In this document: one piece after another, positions 61,401 to 64,000 of the stretch | Position numbering within the stretch: the first letter of the stretch is position 1 | How the letters are laid out: each line of letters opens with the position of its first letter | NCBI GenBank assembly: GCA_964106915.2 | Contig: OZ066914.1 | From: Podarcis gaigeae | Lineage: Eukaryota | DNA length: 64,000 nt | Reading direction: 5' to 3' (one strand) | Position numbers and translations under genes: made by a program | The notes under the pieces: generated by a model | The model's input: the letters and a program-made list of their open reading frames with translations, nothing else | What the model was told of the DNA's origin: nothing | Databases searched by the model: none

Positions 61401-62624
61401 AGAGAGCATATTGCAGGAAGGGCAGACCCTGAAGCCTGCCAAGTGGGGTTTTTCCTATAACATCAGCTACTAGCATCCCCAGGATCAGGAAACTGCTAGA
61501 AGTACAAGCGCTATTAATAATCCCCACTGTTGACACAGGGACCTCGTGGGCTCTGCTCACTATCGCTTTGCCATCAGAACGCTAAAAACAGGCAGCCGCG
61601 GAGGCTTGGGAAGCTTGGCCGGGGATTCCGCTCCAACTCCAGTGCGGCTCACATGCCAGAGCTTTCCTTCAGCTCGTGTTTCCTTACTCCCACACCCTCC
61701 TGACATCCCAAGATGCACTTTCTCATATACGAAGCTGCCTCTGCCTCCCCTCTCAAAGATCCTCTTTCCATTCTAGCTGGGCTGTTGCATCTCCTGATCT
61801 GCAGCGGCTGCACCACACAGAACTCGACCATGCTGAGCTTGCCGAAGGCATGCGGGAAGGAGGAGGGCTTTCCTTGCTATGATAGTTGCCAGGGCCTACG
61901 CTCCGCTAGATGCAGCGCACGAGATTAGATGGGCCATTTGTGGTTGAGCAGCATGACCGAAAGCCACAGTGGCTTGAGAAGAAGGAGGGTGTGCATTTCT
62001 CACAGGGTCTTCCCCTGACTCGACAGAGTTAACTGGCCCGGCCCAGTTTCCCCTTTCATTTCATTTCCCAGTAAACGTGGCATATGAATCATACACCACA
62101 TGCACCCACCTGGCACCAGAAACATGCAGGGGATGATCCTTGAGATGCAAAGCCTCTTGAATCATCTGAGGCACTCGAATTCTCAGTTATCGGAGAGGGA
62201 CACTCAACATTTGCCTGAACAGAAGTTCTCTTTCTCTCTCCCCACCAACTGCCTTTTAACCAGAAAGGATGTGCTTGTTAAGCTGCCAAGAACTCTGAAG
62301 TACACAGGCAGTTATCACAGAAGCCTCCGCAGTTTGAGTGCCTGGCCTTCAGAGCCAAGCTTGCACGTACGTAACAGCCTTGTGGGGTGAGAGAACCAAG
62401 CTGGCTGTGTGCGAGCAGCAGCCAAGTCTTATTTTAGGGCTCGCTGAAGAACCACAACCAAGTGCCAAGGCCTGCTCGAGGAGCAGGTGTGTCTGCTCAC
62501 ACTCAAGACTTGCTACTGAGGAAAGCAGTATTGGCAATAAATGGGGTAACAGAAGCATTTTAACAACAGCCAACTGCCTCTACCAATGGAGGATTTCTGT
62601 TCTCTTTTGCAGCTAAACAAGACT

Positions 62625-63098
62625 TGCCCCGGCGTCAGGGACTGGCTGGACAATGAGACTGGATACTGAGGAGTGGGAACCAAGAGAACTGGGGTTGGAG
62701 ACTGTCTTGGAAGACGGGATCAGTGGTCTAGGGGAGCCTGTAACAGCTGGAAGATGAGAGTCTGAGGCAGAAGAAGCTGCAGGATTGGAGAGTGAAGAAC
62801 AAGTGCAGGAGGGAGGGAAAGGTCAGGCTGGTGTAGAGAAAGGGGCTTCCACACCTCCTCCTCCTCCTGCCCCCACCTCTCTTGCTGCACGGTCTCCCGG
62901 GACCAGGGGTGAGAGGAGCAGAAGTGGATTGCATGCAGGCAGAATCTTCGCCTGCTTGTGAGCAGCTCAGGTGCGGGAGATACATAAGCTGGACCTCTCT
63001 GTTACAGCAACTGACTTTTCCTAAACTGGGAGTGTACTTTTGACAGTAAAGAGTCAATTCCTCACACTGGACATTCTTTGCCTGACGGCACCGTGACA
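62625..63098 (+). mobile_element. Probable solo LTR
   Basis: Terminal inverted cgtcagg/cctgacg, with purine-rich U3, TATA-like tacataag and agtaaa polyA-like signal in LTR order. No clean TSD found. Confidence 0.55.
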
Positions 63099-63189
63099 CC
63101 TGGCCAGGCAGTCATAGGGTAGTCACAGAAATAATTATCCAGATACATGTGCAGATCTCTTGGAATGAATGTGAAAGCAGCCTCTATGC

Positions 63190-63314
63190 CAGAGAGGGGG
63201 AACCTGCAGCCCTCCAGATGCTACTGAACTACAGCTCCCATCATCCATGCTGAATAGGTCTGATGGGAGTTGGAGGCCAACCAAGTCTGCAGGGTCACAG
63301 GTTCTCCATCCCTG
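63190..63314. mobile_element. hAT-type MITE with 8-bp TSD
   Basis: cagagagggggaacc / ggttctccatccctg ends, TSD ctctatgc / ctctatgt. Related fragments near 2975, 38390 and 39950. Confidence 0.8.
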
Positions 63315-63338
63315 CTCTATGTGTTTAGTTCTTGGAGC

Positions 63339-63407
63339 TCAACCGCCAACCTTCTGATTGGCAAGCCCAAGGCTCTGTGGTTTAACCCACAGCGCCACCC
63401 GTGTCCC
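63339..63407 (-). mobile_element. Sauria SINE 5' fragment
   Basis: ggctctgtggtttaacccacagcgccacccgtgtccc. Confidence 0.85.
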
Positions 63408-64000
63408 TCTGGAAACTGTAATTTTGTCAAAATGCTCAGAAATCACTAATCCTCATCACAGAACGATAATGCTTGGGCTGAGCACCATTATGACCATTAA
63501 ATGAATTTGAAACTGGTTTCAATTGGATGTGCAGGCACACTTAACTTACACGTGTCCTGTTCTAACAAGTCCTAAAGTACTTACGGAGTGCATCAGCATG
63601 AAGAAGTCAGTGAAGACAGTTCTAGAGGAAGGGTCAAAGAGCACTGCCAACTTCCCCAGCATTTCATTATTAGCAAATATCCCTTTTCTTATTACTTCAG
63701 CATTGAGAACCCACAAAGAAGCAGCTCATATCCCCAAAGACACACAGACAAACTCCATCCAACCACATCACAAGTAAGCTTTGTTCCTGTAGAAACCTTC
63801 TGAATGGACAAAGAAATTCCATTATTTTCTTAAGCAGACTAAAGTACGGCCTCAATATCTACTGACTTACGTCTTTTGGTCTGTGACTTTCAAATCTATA
63901 ATTTGAAAGACATAATCTTGAAACATATGGCACAACAATGGAGCAAGCTGCCTAGGCAGGCTGTGGAATCTTTTCTAGCATTTTTTCCCAGTGAAATGAT

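Noticed and set aside
53700-64000. Canonical zeta-1 first exon (…GLRLFGHR) or the …RKQVSYR first exon
   Set aside because: Neither peptide was seen. They probably lie beyond the window.

Overview
Eukaryotic, repeat-rich vertebrate DNA from a squamate reptile, most likely a lacertid lizard (Sauria SINEs, a Squam3-like SINE with (CTT)n tail, BovB, CR1, L2, L1 and Penelope remnants). The window is dominated by one minus-strand gene, diacylglycerol kinase zeta (DGKZ). I traced 31 coding exons by hand from 53622 down to 10903. All have GT-AG boundaries and consistent phases, giving 3549 nt or 1182 aa when started from the long zeta-2 type first exon. The protein has two C1 domains, the MARCKS-like basic/NLS segment, the catalytic and accessory domains, ankyrin repeats and a C-terminal ETAV PDZ ligand, and is followed by a ~3.2 kb 3' UTR. 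The zeta-1 first exon and the usual downstream neighbour MDK were not seen. There are no prokaryotic systems, CRISPR arrays or intact RNA genes, and most track ORFs are spurious. I cannot establish a new biological system from sequence alone. The best leads are unannotated splicing options: an in-frame 45-nt DGKI-like cassette exon, a candidate upstream first exon with two phase-matched donors, and several candidate stop-containing exons that would remove the ankyrin/PDZ tail. There is also a Penelope-derived hammerhead core and a three-layer nested retroelement. Comparisons to human DGKZ/DGKI are from recalled sequence, not from a run alignment.
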